A stretch of DNA of 64,000 bases from Bacteroidales bacterium (GTDB lineage: Bacteria; Bacteroidota; Bacteroidia; Bacteroidales; UBA10428), in NCBI GenBank assembly GCA_041737295.1, contig JBGSSA010000076.1, positions 1,031 through 65,030 on the forward strand, read 5' to 3'. The notes under the pieces are model-generated. The model saw only the letters and a program-made list of their open reading frames with translations, made no database searches and was not told the origin of the DNA. A program made the position numbers and the translations under genes. Shown piece after piece: positions 20,585 to 29,826 of this stretch (the first letter of the stretch is position 1; each line of letters opens with the position of its first letter).

Positions 20585-21706
20585 ATGAAAAAGGATAGTA
20601 AAATATATCTTGCAGGCCATACAGGACTTGTTGGTAGTGCCCTTTTCAGAAATCTTACAAAAAAAGGTTATCATAATATAATTACAAGGCATTATACAGA
20701 ACTGGATTTGTCGGACCAGCAAGCCACCCGTGATTTTTTCCTAAAAGAGAAGCCCGATTATGTATTGCTCGCTGCTGCCAAGGTAGGAGGTATTGTAGCC
20801 AATAATATTTACAGGGGACAGTTCATTTATGAGAACATCATGATACAGAGCAATGTGATTCATTCCTGTTATCTGGCTGGTGTGAAAAAATTGCTTTTCC
20901 TGGGGAGTTCGTGTATTTATCCGAAACTTGCTCCCCAGCCGCTCAAAGAAAAATACCTGCTCACTGATATACTGGAATATACCAATGAGCCTTATGCCAT
21001 TGCAAAAATTGCCGGTATAAAAATGTGCGAAAGCTACAATATTCAGTATGGCACGAACTTTATTTCTGTAATGCCTACGAATTTGTTTGGCTCCAATGAT
21101 AATTATGACCTCGAGAAGTCACATGTTCTTCCGGCTATTATTCGCAAAATGCATATTGCCAAGTGTCTTATTGAAAATAACTGGGATGCTATTTATAAGG
21201 ATTTTAATAAAAATCCTGTAGAAGGCGTTGACGGCAAGGCAACCAAGATAGAAATCGGAGAAAAACTGGAAAAATATGGCATTTTCAGGCATAATTCAAG
21301 TGAAACTCCTGTAACAGTTAAATTATGGGGCTCCGGTGCCCCCAGGCGGGAATTTTTACATTCGGATGATATGGCTGATGCCTGTGTATATGTCATGGAG
21401 AATATTGATTTTAAAGATCTTGTTAAAGATAAATATGCCGACAAGATCACCTCGCGTGAGTCAAACGTGGAAATCAGGAATACCCATATTAATATTGGCA
21501 CCGGAAAAGACCTTACAATTAACGAACTTGCCATGATCGTTAAGGAAATCGTAGGTTTTGACGGCCTCATAGAATGGGATACATCCAAGCCTGACGGTAC
21601 CTTCCAGAAACTGCTCAGCGTAAAGAAAATCCATGACCTGGGCTGGGAAGAAAAAATCAGTCTCGAACAGGGTATTAAAAAAGTATACGAAGAGTATTTG
21701 TCTTAA
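20585..21706 (+). CDS. fcl: GDP-L-fucose synthase (GDP-4-keto-6-deoxymannose epimerase/reductase)
   Basis: GHTGLVGSAL, YAIAKIAGIK and WGSGAPRREFLHSDDMA. Lies directly after gmd. Contains a ~50 aa insertion relative to the ~320 aa enterobacterial form. Confidence 0.9.
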   Translation: MKKDSKIYLAGHTGLVGSALFRNLTKKGYHNIITRHYTELDLSDQQATRDFFLKEKPDYVLLAAAKVGGIVANNIYRGQFIYENIMIQSNVIHSCYLAGVKKLLFLGSSCIYPKLAPQPLKEKYLLTDILEYTNEPYAIAKIAGIKMCESYNIQYGTNFISVMPTNLFGSNDNYDLEKSHVLPAIIRKMHIAKCLIENNWDAIYKDFNKNPVEGVDGKATKIEIGEKLEKYGIFRHNSSETPVTVKLWGSGAPRREFLHSDDMADACVYVMENIDFKDLVKDKYADKITSRESNVEIRNTHINIGTGKDLTINELAMIVKEIVGFDGLIEWDTSKPDGTFQKLLSVKKIHDLGWEEKISLEQGIKKVYEEYLS

Positions 21707-21728
21707 CCATAACTAATGTTTTGTCCCC

Positions 21729-22517
21729 TTGTCTGTATCTAGGATTTCAGTAATATTAATTACAGTTCTGGCGGCCATTGCGATGGGATCCTGTACATCA
21801 CACCGTCAGCTTGTATACCTGCGGGATGTGGATTCTTCCTCCGGAGCAGGAAGTTTCTATCCCAAAAGCCGTCCGGAATACCTTATACAAACAAGGGATA
21901 TTTTATATGTGAAGATTTACTCGCTCAATGAAGAGATGAGCAACCTGATCAATCAAACCATCGGAACCAGTCAGCAGAACCTCTATCAGAACGAGACCAG
22001 CCTGTTTATTAATGGATATGTTGTCAGCGATTCCGGAAACATTGAACTACCCATACTGGGGAAAATGAAGGTTGCCGGAATGACCCTGGATGATGCTCTT
22101 GAAGGGATCCGCCAAAGAACAGCCCAATATCTCAAGGATGCAACCGTTACAGTTAAGTTGATTTCTTTCAAAGTATCTGTCATTGGTGAGGTAAACAGGC
22201 CCGGGACTTATTACAATTACAACAGTCAGCTGACTGTACTGGAGGCTATTAGTATGGCCGGCGACATTACGGATTATGGTAATCGCCATAAAATTCATGT
22301 GCTTAGGCCCGGGTCAACGGGGACCACTTCATTTCAGCTTGATCTGACAAACAGGAAAATATTAACAACGGACGGGTTCTTCCTTCTTCCCAATGATGTG
22401 ATCTATGTTGAACCCATCAAAAGCAAAACCTTTCGTATTAATATACCAACCGTATCCCTGTTGCTGACCGGCATCTCTACTCTTATCCTGGTGCTGAATT
22501 ATGTGGATAACAACTAA
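21729..22517 (+). CDS. polysaccharide export outer-membrane lipoprotein, Wza-like (Poly_export + SLBB)
   Basis: Lipobox AIAMGSC, Poly_export region LPILGKMKVAGMTLDDA, SLBB region VSVIGEVNRPGTY, and a C-terminal hydrophobic helix. TTG start. Confidence 0.8.
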   Translation: MSVSRISVILITVLAAIAMGSCTSHRQLVYLRDVDSSSGAGSFYPKSRPEYLIQTRDILYVKIYSLNEEMSNLINQTIGTSQQNLYQNETSLFINGYVVSDSGNIELPILGKMKVAGMTLDDALEGIRQRTAQYLKDATVTVKLISFKVSVIGEVNRPGTYYNYNSQLTVLEAISMAGDITDYGNRHKIHVLRPGSTGTTSFQLDLTNRKILTTDGFFLLPNDVIYVEPIKSKTFRINIPTVSLLLTGISTLILVLNYVDNN

Positions 22518-22566
22518 GTAAAGAAACCACCGGGGTTTCGAAAAACGTTGTAGTCGCTCCTTATTG

Positions 22567-24099
22567 TTACCTGCTCCTGAATTTCTTAAAAACGATATTA
22601 AATACTGCCTTCCAGAAATAGACCCAATCTGTGCGGAAGGGATGCTTTGCATATGATTTCAGATAACAGAGTTCGGATGCAATAATTTCATCCAGCGTAC
22701 GGGGATTATCCACATAAAAAGGAGGAATTAACCCCGGCTTGTTTTTTATTCTCATTTTTTGCAATTCGGGCGTATACAATTTGAAATATTGCCGGCTCAG
22801 GGGTCGCACCCCGAACAATTTCAGATCGCCCTTGATAAGATTCAGCAGCATGGGTAATTCATCGAGCCAGAATTTACGCATGATCCTTCCAATTGTGTTC
22901 ACCCTGAAATCATCCTTGAATTTGCCTCCTTCCTGCAATCCGGCCTTTGCATACACATAATCCTGGAGGTACTCCGCGAACGGATGCATAGTGCGCATTT
23001 TATAGACCTTTATAGCCTTGCCTCCCTTTCCTATGCGTTCCAGCCCGATCAACGGACCATAGCTTGGATTCTGCGGATACAGCGGTTCTTTGACCTTGAT
23101 GGCCACGAAATACAACGCTTTGTCAATGATGATCTCATCCAGTATTTCAAATCCACAGGAATATAACCTGCCAAATGCTTCTGCTTTTGATAATACCCTG
23201 TTTTCGCCCCGGGTGAGAATAAAATATAATTTTTTAGTCAGCAGGAATTTGGGTAATACCCTTTTTATAACAAAGTCAGCACTGTAATACAAATAATTTA
23301 GCCCGGGAGGAAACTTAGCCAGAATACGCTTTTTCCGCATTCCGGTGGTTTCGAAAAAATCAATGAAAAGACCCCCTATCAGCAATTTGGCATTAACCGA
23401 TTCAAAGTACTTATTGATATACCTGAAATCATTTACCCTCCTTACATTGATAATGCATTCGAAGGTATGCTGAATTTGCGCATCAATATTAAACCGCGTG
23501 GTAGTTGCAATAACAAGCGTATTTGGTGAATCAATGGCCGCATAATTTATTATATACTGATAGGCTTCAAGCCCGATTTCATTTCTCAGGTATTCTTCAC
23601 GTTGCTTAAAATCATATTTTAAGGGTGTCCTCTTTTTATGAAAAAGGTGTGCTTCTTCCTTGGTTATGAAACGGTTTGCGACGGGCCTGTTTTGATTTAT
23701 ACCGTTTTCGAATTTTATCCGTGTATTGCTGACAAGGTAAAAAAATGCACTTAACGTTAATTCAACCACTGTAGCCGCACCTACTGTTCCCAGTACAATA
23801 AAACGGGAATAGTTGAAGGATTGGAAAATATACATTAAACTGGTAACAAAGAAGAAAATGATCAGGTTAATAAGCAGTATCCTTTTCAATCCGGCCACCC
23901 AAAGCGAACTAACAAGTAACCTGTATTTCTCAAATACGACAGAAACGCCTACCCAAATCGACAAAAAGAAGAGAAAGGACCCTGAATAATCCACAAAATA
24001 GGTTGTGCCCGGACCCGGTTTCAGCCATACACAAAATACGAAAGAAGCCAACACAATCAACAAATCGATCAGAAAGCTTGTAAAAGATTTAATCTGCAT
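22567..24099 (-). CDS. polyprenyl-phosphate glycosyl-1-phosphate transferase (bacterial sugar transferase family), atypical architecture
   Basis: C-terminal PGT catalytic core KVYKMRTM...LDELPMLLNLIKGDLKLFGVRP, an N-terminal block of 4 TM helices, and a ~220 aa soluble middle domain. Confidence 0.8.
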   Translation of the reverse strand: MQIKSFTSFLIDLLIVLASFVFCVWLKPGPGTTYFVDYSGSFLFFLSIWVGVSVVFEKYRLLVSSLWVAGLKRILLINLIIFFFVTSLMYIFQSFNYSRFIVLGTVGAATVVELTLSAFFYLVSNTRIKFENGINQNRPVANRFITKEEAHLFHKKRTPLKYDFKQREEYLRNEIGLEAYQYIINYAAIDSPNTLVIATTTRFNIDAQIQHTFECIINVRRVNDFRYINKYFESVNAKLLIGGLFIDFFETTGMRKKRILAKFPPGLNYLYYSADFVIKRVLPKFLLTKKLYFILTRGENRVLSKAEAFGRLYSCGFEILDEIIIDKALYFVAIKVKEPLYPQNPSYGPLIGLERIGKGGKAIKVYKMRTMHPFAEYLQDYVYAKAGLQEGGKFKDDFRVNTIGRIMRKFWLDELPMLLNLIKGDLKLFGVRPLSRQYFKLYTPELQKMRIKNKPGLIPPFYVDNPRTLDEIIASELCYLKSYAKHPFRTDWVYFWKAVFNIVFKKFRSR

Positions 24100-24139
24100 G
24101 TCTTAACGTATTCCTGGCTATTGGTATAATGCAAACGAC

Positions 24140-24175
24140 CCTCCGGAAAAAGAATGATATTCTTTTTTCCGGAGG
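24140..24175 (-). terminator. long near-perfect hairpin between the LTD lipoprotein gene and the sugar transferase gene
   Basis: CCTCCGGAAAAAGAAT-gat-ATTCTTTTTTCCGGAGG: 16 bp stem with one bulged T. Confidence 0.4.
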
Positions 24176-24344
24176 ATGGAATTATTATACAATGATAAAG
24201 ATATTCGGGTGAAAAGTAAAATTAAAAAAAAAGCCCTCATTGCGTAAGAGGGGGTTTGCCAATAACGGGTTTTCCAATTGTGCTTAAGCTTCGGCAATGA
24301 AAGGCTTTTTTATGGAGGTATCTTTATAAAGATGAAAGGTTGTG

Positions 24345-25610
24345 TTAATTGCAGGGATCATTAGATGCGCCGGGAGTACCCAGGTCGCCCGTACTATAAA
24401 CAGAAGCTGAAACGCACCATGATGCACCCATCGGCGCCTCCCCTGCGTTTAGCAATTGCGGGTTGAGGCATATGGAAGCCCCTGAAGCAGAGGGAAATCC
24501 CTCTCCCCCATAATTTACGGAACAAATTTCCGGGCCGTCTGTGCCATCCGTACCGAAATTTGAAATGGAAAGAACTGCTCCCGTGTTATTCAGGGATATA
24601 CTTGTGCCATAAACATACTTATCTCCCGGTACCGCGTTTTCCGTGCGAGCCAGTACCTGGTACCCATGGGATGCAATTGTGATGGAGGCTGTAATCACAT
24701 GACTGTCGGTTGTGTTCTTTGTTATAACAAGATGTTGCAGATTCACCGTATGCCCGGTATTATTGTATATTTCAAACCATTCCCCATCTGAGTCGGTCTG
24801 TGAAGCAGGATCATACATGATTTCTGTGATCAGCAGTCCGCCGCTGCCAATTGTCCCATCCGGATCAACCGGTTCCTCGGAAATATTCACAATTTCAACA
24901 GGAACCACCGTGTCGGCAAGGTTAATTACGATCATTGACATCCCTTCGCCTCCCGCAGCATCCACATGTATTTCATATTTCTTCTTAGGCTGGGCATTCG
25001 GAATACTCCCGGTAAGTGTCTTGCTTTCAAAGGTTCCGTCTGGTTTTTGCCAGGTTAGAACTGCCTCTATTGAAAGGTCCATCGGTTGAAAGTACCCGTT
25101 GCGGGTTTCCGTTTTGTTAAAAATAAGGGATCCTGATGTGGATGATACCCTGGTGCTATAATCGCTGAAATTATTCCTTACCTGGTCGCTGTATATTACA
25201 GCTACTACCGTATTCGACAGTTCGCAATTCACAACAACGGATTGTTGCCCTCCCGGGGTGATTGTAAAGGTGTCTGACCTGCCAAAATAATAGGGATTCT
25301 CGAAAGCAGCCGGTATATTATTGTCAGAGGAGGCTGTTACATAATAACGGCCTGTTTCAAGCCTGATTTCAGCCGGTAATTCAGATGCCTTATCAAATGC
25401 AAGTACTTCCTCATCTTCTGAATTATAGATTATAACACTGAAATCTTCGGCCCCGGCGGTGGTTTTAAGATGCTCCTTCACCTCTCCCACCGAAATATAC
25501 AAACCCACTTTGATTTTAAGGGTTCCTGAAGGCTTGTCCGTGCCGGGTTCGTCTTTATGGCAGGAAAAGGCCAGAATGGCCAGCATGCAGACAAAAACAT
25601 AACGTTTCAT
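24345..25610 (-). CDS. lipoprotein with DUF4493-like N-terminal region and C-terminal lamin-tail domain (LTD)
   Basis: Likely start MKRYVFVCMLAILAFSC (lipobox). The track start at 25649 is upstream. LTD signature LLITEIMYDP...DGEWFEIYNNTGHTVNL. Confidence 0.6.
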   Translation of the reverse strand: MKRYVFVCMLAILAFSCHKDEPGTDKPSGTLKIKVGLYISVGEVKEHLKTTAGAEDFSVIIYNSEDEEVLAFDKASELPAEIRLETGRYYVTASSDNNIPAAFENPYYFGRSDTFTITPGGQQSVVVNCELSNTVVAVIYSDQVRNNFSDYSTRVSSTSGSLIFNKTETRNGYFQPMDLSIEAVLTWQKPDGTFESKTLTGSIPNAQPKKKYEIHVDAAGGEGMSMIVINLADTVVPVEIVNISEEPVDPDGTIGSGGLLITEIMYDPASQTDSDGEWFEIYNNTGHTVNLQHLVITKNTTDSHVITASITIASHGYQVLARTENAVPGDKYVYGTSISLNNTGAVLSISNFGTDGTDGPEICSVNYGGEGFPSASGASICLNPQLLNAGEAPMGASWCVSASVYSTGDLGTPGASNDPCN

Positions 25611-25707
25611 AAAAGGGTATTTTAGGTTTAACGCATGATTAACTTTCATGTATTAATTCCCTCAACGGGCAAAAAGTAACCCTCCTATGAAAAAAAAACT
25701 TTTATAA

Positions 25708-26727
25708 TCAGGATCTTTCTTCCTGTTCATCCAGGAAAAAATGTACAGCTGAAGCAAGGGTATCTTTTACGGGCGTAAAATTAAAGGCCAACTCCTGCAC
25801 TATCTTATGATTTGAATACGAAGTAACCGATGTGGAACTTTTCATTGACTGCCTGGTGATCCTGGACTGGCTGCCTGTAACCAGCGAACGAATTCTTTCA
25901 AGGTAACACGCAGTTCTTATCAGGAAAGGGGTGAGTGCATGAGCCGGCAACGGCTTGTGCATTGCAGCTGATATGGAATCCAGCACCTCACGGTGGGAGA
26001 GGTTTTCCGCACTTAGAATATACCTTTCGCCGCTGATCTCGCTTTCGGTGAGGCTGATCATAGCCCTTACAACATCACGGACATCAACATAGCCGCTGGT
26101 TCCCGCAGGATAATAATTCAACCCGTTGTAAATCTGTTTGAAAATACCTGCGGAAGTCCCGTACCACATTCCATCGCCTACGATGACCGACGGGTTTACA
26201 ATTACTGCAGGCAACCCCTCGTATATTCCTCTCCAGACTTCCATTTCACCCCTGAATTTACTATAAGAATAGGGTGAGGCGGATGCGTTCTTGTTCCATA
26301 AGCGGCTTTCACTTATGGGTTCGCCATCTTCGGAATTTCCCAGGGCAGCGATGGAACTTACATGGCAAAGCCGGCTGACCTGTTGTTCAAGACAAGCATT
26401 GACAATGTTTGCCGTACCCCGGACATTTATATTGAATAGTCGTTGCCTGTCTTCCTTGTGAAATGAAACCATTCCGGCCAGGTGGTATACCTGGGTAACG
26501 CCGGTAAGATAGCCGGAAAGTGTATAGTAATCGAGAATATCGCCTTTTACCCATTCAATTTTACCCAATTCCTCGTCACTGATTGCAGGATAAAATTTCC
26601 TGAATTTGTGAAAAAAAACAATCTTCTCCTCATTGCGATATAGTGCCCTCACGGGTTTGCCAAGCTGTACCAGGTTATACAACAGATGTGAACCAAGATA
26701 TCCGGTACCTCCGGCAACAAAAATCAT
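25708..26727 (-). CDS. NAD-dependent epimerase/dehydratase family (extended SDR) protein
   Basis: IFVAGGTGYLGSHL Rossmann motif and YSYSK catalytic motif. Confidence 0.8.
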   Translation of the reverse strand: MIFVAGGTGYLGSHLLYNLVQLGKPVRALYRNEEKIVFFHKFRKFYPAISDEELGKIEWVKGDILDYYTLSGYLTGVTQVYHLAGMVSFHKEDRQRLFNINVRGTANIVNACLEQQVSRLCHVSSIAALGNSEDGEPISESRLWNKNASASPYSYSKFRGEMEVWRGIYEGLPAVIVNPSVIVGDGMWYGTSAGIFKQIYNGLNYYPAGTSGYVDVRDVVRAMISLTESEISGERYILSAENLSHREVLDSISAAMHKPLPAHALTPFLIRTACYLERIRSLVTGSQSRITRQSMKSSTSVTSYSNHKIVQELAFNFTPVKDTLASAVHFFLDEQEERS

Positions 26728-26730
26728 CCT

Positions 26731-27561
26731 TTATTTCTTTATGTTATTACCCGGCAATTCCCTGATCAGTATCGTTAATAAACGGCAAAGCTGTAGTTCC
26801 GCCTTTGCGGCTGTTTCAAGTATATCTTCAATGTTGGCAGGCACAAGGTTATCCGGATCGCACTCATCGGTAAGTACAGAAATAGCCGCGCAGGGCAGGG
26901 ACATATGGTTTGCCACGATCACCTCGGGCACTGTAGACATGCCCACTGCATCCGCAAAATTACGGAACATCCTGTATTCCGCACGGGTCTCAAGATTTGG
27001 ACCCGTTACGGCAATATAAACCCCTTTGTGCAAGGCAATCTGTTCCCGTTCCGCTATCCGCAACAACTGCTCATTCAGCCATGCAGAATAAGGCTGGCTC
27101 ATATCCGGAAACCGTGGTCCGAGCTGATCAGCGTTTTTGCCTCTTAATGGATTATCAGGCAACATGTTGATATGATCATCGATCAGCATCAGGCTGCCTT
27201 TTCTGAAGCGTGGGTTCAAGGCGCCTGCTGCATTGGAAAGAAGGAGGAAGCGAACTCCCAAAAGTTTCATCACACGTATGGGAAAGGTGATCTGCTGAAG
27301 AGAATACCCTTCGTAATAGTGAAATCTTCCCTGCATAGCAAGAACAAGCTTCCCCTGAAGCTTTCCATAAATAAGAATCCCTGAATGAGACTCTACAGTT
27401 GCCAGCGGAAAATTCGGAATGTCACTGTATTCAAACGAGAGGATCACCTCTATTTCAGAGGCCATTCTGCCCAGCCCCGTTCCCAGAACGATTCCTACTT
27501 CAGGATCCAGAACACCGGCCAGTTTGAGATATGTTATGGTCTGGTTTATTTCGTCATGCAT
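26731..27561 (-). CDS. purine nucleoside phosphorylase (PNP/MTAP family, PunA type)
   Basis: VLGTGLG, MQGRFHYYEGY, SNAAGALN and GMSTVPEV motifs. Confidence 0.9.
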   Translation of the reverse strand: MHDEINQTITYLKLAGVLDPEVGIVLGTGLGRMASEIEVILSFEYSDIPNFPLATVESHSGILIYGKLQGKLVLAMQGRFHYYEGYSLQQITFPIRVMKLLGVRFLLLSNAAGALNPRFRKGSLMLIDDHINMLPDNPLRGKNADQLGPRFPDMSQPYSAWLNEQLLRIAEREQIALHKGVYIAVTGPNLETRAEYRMFRNFADAVGMSTVPEVIVANHMSLPCAAISVLTDECDPDNLVPANIEDILETAAKAELQLCRLLTILIRELPGNNIKK

Positions 27562-27583
27562 AGTCTACGGGTTATTCTTCCGG

Positions 27584-28120
27584 TTACCGCTCAATCTCCA
27601 TCAGAACATCGTCCTTGGTTACTGAATCCCCCGCTTTGACACTGATCTTCTTAATTTTTCCCGAAACCTGGGCAATTATCTCATTCTGCATTTTCATGGC
27701 TTCAAGAATGAGAATAGCTTCACCCTCCTGAACATGTGCCGATTCTTCAACCAGCAGCTCGATGACCTTCCCCGGCATCGGTGCAGTAACTAATTCGATC
27801 TTGTTATGCTGCTTATATTTTTCAAGATATTTTCTGCGCCTGTATGATATCGGGGATTCGATTGTAAACGAATAGCTGACCCCATTCAGCAATACGGTAT
27901 ATTTATTCTGACTCTTGTCCGTGATTTCGGCAAGGTATTTTTTGTTATTAAATTCAATAAAAGTAAATCCCTCTTCGTTTTCAAAAATTTTTATCTCTTT
28001 TTTATGCCCGTTGATTCTTAACGTATCGCTGAAGGGGTCCCTGACTACATATTTATTATCGCCGGGGGTAACAGCGATATATTCATGCTCGTGATCCTTC
28101 CTTTTACCTAATAATTTCAT
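27584..28120 (-). CDS. biotin carboxyl carrier protein (biotinyl domain) of an acyl-CoA carboxylase
   Basis: C-terminal biotinylation motif EAMKMQNEI. The ~100 aa N-terminal extension has no motif I recognise. Confidence 0.8.
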   Translation of the reverse strand: MKLLGKRKDHEHEYIAVTPGDNKYVVRDPFSDTLRINGHKKEIKIFENEEGFTFIEFNNKKYLAEITDKSQNKYTVLLNGVSYSFTIESPISYRRRKYLEKYKQHNKIELVTAPMPGKVIELLVEESAHVQEGEAILILEAMKMQNEIIAQVSGKIKKISVKAGDSVTKDDVLMEIER

Positions 28121-28129
28121 GTCGGTTTC

Positions 28130-29635
28130 TTATAAAGATTTCAATCGTTTATTCAATACCCACGGACTGATGTTTTTACCCCGTTCAAAATCGGGCTTGG
28201 TGGTTCTGTTGGTTTCAAGTTCAGCAGCAAAATCAAATGCGGCTACGTAAGCAGCCAGCATTTCATCTTCCTCATCATTATAATATAGCTTTGTCATTTC
28301 CTTTTCAATAAAGGACGTGTTGAAATCACCTTTCCTGAATTTCTTGTGATTCAAAACAGCCTGGCAAAAGGGGATCGTGGTTTTAATTCCCCGTATCCAG
28401 CATTTTCTAAGGGCGGCTGACATGGCCGTGATTGCCTTCTCCCTTGTCTCCCCGTGTACAATAAGCTTTGCCACCATGGAATCAAAATAAGGGGTAACAA
28501 CAGAATAGTCGGTTACACCGGTGTCGACCCTTATATTTTTTCCACGGGGGAATGATATTTTTTCAATGATTCCCAGGTTAGGTGAAAAACCGGCCTGCAC
28601 ATCCTCAGCATTGATCCTGCATTCAATTGCCCAGCCTGTAAGGGTAACCTGGTCCTGGGTCATGGGAAGTTTCTCGCCTTCGGCAATTCTTATCTGTAAT
28701 TCAATCAGGTCAATACCTGATACCATTTCTGTCACCGGGTGCTCGACCTGGATGCGGGTATTCATTTCCATAAAGAAAAAATTCCGGTCGTCATCGAGCA
28801 AAAATTCAACTGTTCCTGCGGAATAATAATTAACTGATTTGGCCACCTGAATTGCCGCCTCGCCCATTTCCTTCCGGAGTTTTGCATCAAGGGCAACGGA
28901 AGGGGATTCTTCAATGAGTTTTTGGTGCTTCCGCTGAATTGAACACTCCCTTTCACCAATATATACATAGTTTCCATGCCTGTCCCCGACAATCTGGAAT
29001 TCTATGTGCCGGGGATTCCTGACGTATTTTTCAATAAAAACGGATGAATCATTAAAAGCCTTCTCCGCTTCACTGGTAGCCATTTTGAACATCTTTTCAA
29101 GATGTGAGGACTTTTCCACGATCCTCATCCCACGGCCGCCACCCCCTGCAGCAGCCTTTAAAATTACCGGGTATCCGATTATTGCGGCAATGTCGGCAGC
29201 TTCCTTTATATTTTTTACGGTTCCCTGGCTTCCCTGAAGCAGCGGGACTTTATATTTCTGTGCAATCTGTTTGGCAATGGTCTTATTCCCCATCTTATAT
29301 ATGGCCGAAGCTGAAGGGCCAATAAAAACAATGTTTTCTTCTTCACATCGCCTTGCGAAATAAGGATTCTCGGCTAGAAAGCCATATCCCGGATGGATGG
29401 CTTCAATTTTGTTGGAACGGGCCGCCTCAATGATTCTTTCAACATCAAGAAATTCAGGTATTTCATCCACCAGCTCAGCGAAATCGATCACATCATCAAC
29501 CAACCTCAGATACAAAGCATTTGGCTCTTTAGAAGTTTTAATGCCATAGGTTTTAATCCCCAGTTTTTTTGCCGTTTCATTGATCCTGACGGCAATTTCT
29601 CCCCTGTTGGCAATAAGCAGACTTTTAATTTTCAT
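28130..29635 (-). CDS. accC: biotin carboxylase subunit
   Basis: ATP-grasp GYPVILKAAAGGGGRGMR, EMNTRIQVEHPVTE, and N-terminal LLIANRGEIAVRI. Confidence 0.9.
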   Translation of the reverse strand: MKIKSLLIANRGEIAVRINETAKKLGIKTYGIKTSKEPNALYLRLVDDVIDFAELVDEIPEFLDVERIIEAARSNKIEAIHPGYGFLAENPYFARRCEEENIVFIGPSASAIYKMGNKTIAKQIAQKYKVPLLQGSQGTVKNIKEAADIAAIIGYPVILKAAAGGGGRGMRIVEKSSHLEKMFKMATSEAEKAFNDSSVFIEKYVRNPRHIEFQIVGDRHGNYVYIGERECSIQRKHQKLIEESPSVALDAKLRKEMGEAAIQVAKSVNYYSAGTVEFLLDDDRNFFFMEMNTRIQVEHPVTEMVSGIDLIELQIRIAEGEKLPMTQDQVTLTGWAIECRINAEDVQAGFSPNLGIIEKISFPRGKNIRVDTGVTDYSVVTPYFDSMVAKLIVHGETREKAITAMSAALRKCWIRGIKTTIPFCQAVLNHKKFRKGDFNTSFIEKEMTKLYYNDEEDEMLAAYVAAFDFAAELETNRTTKPDFERGKNISPWVLNKRLKSL

Positions 29636-29826
29636 CCGAAATAAATTTAAAATGAAGCCGCTGCATTTATATCATGGCTGTAATATTAATAAAGCCGGCA
29701 CTGTAAAAGAACGATAAACTTCTATCGGTGGATATTATCTCTGCGTAACGAGGCAAAGATAAATTAAGTTAACGAATGCACAATTATTTCAGCTAATTCG
29801 ATTCTTCAAAGAGAACCTGCTGAAAA

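Noticed and set aside
24233-24252. Rho-independent terminator of the LTD lipoprotein gene (minus strand CCCTC-ttacgcaat-GAGGG followed by a T-run)
   Set aside because: I did not list it as a feature because the stem is only 5 bp. It is plausible but weak, and the stronger hairpin at 24140-24175 is reported instead.
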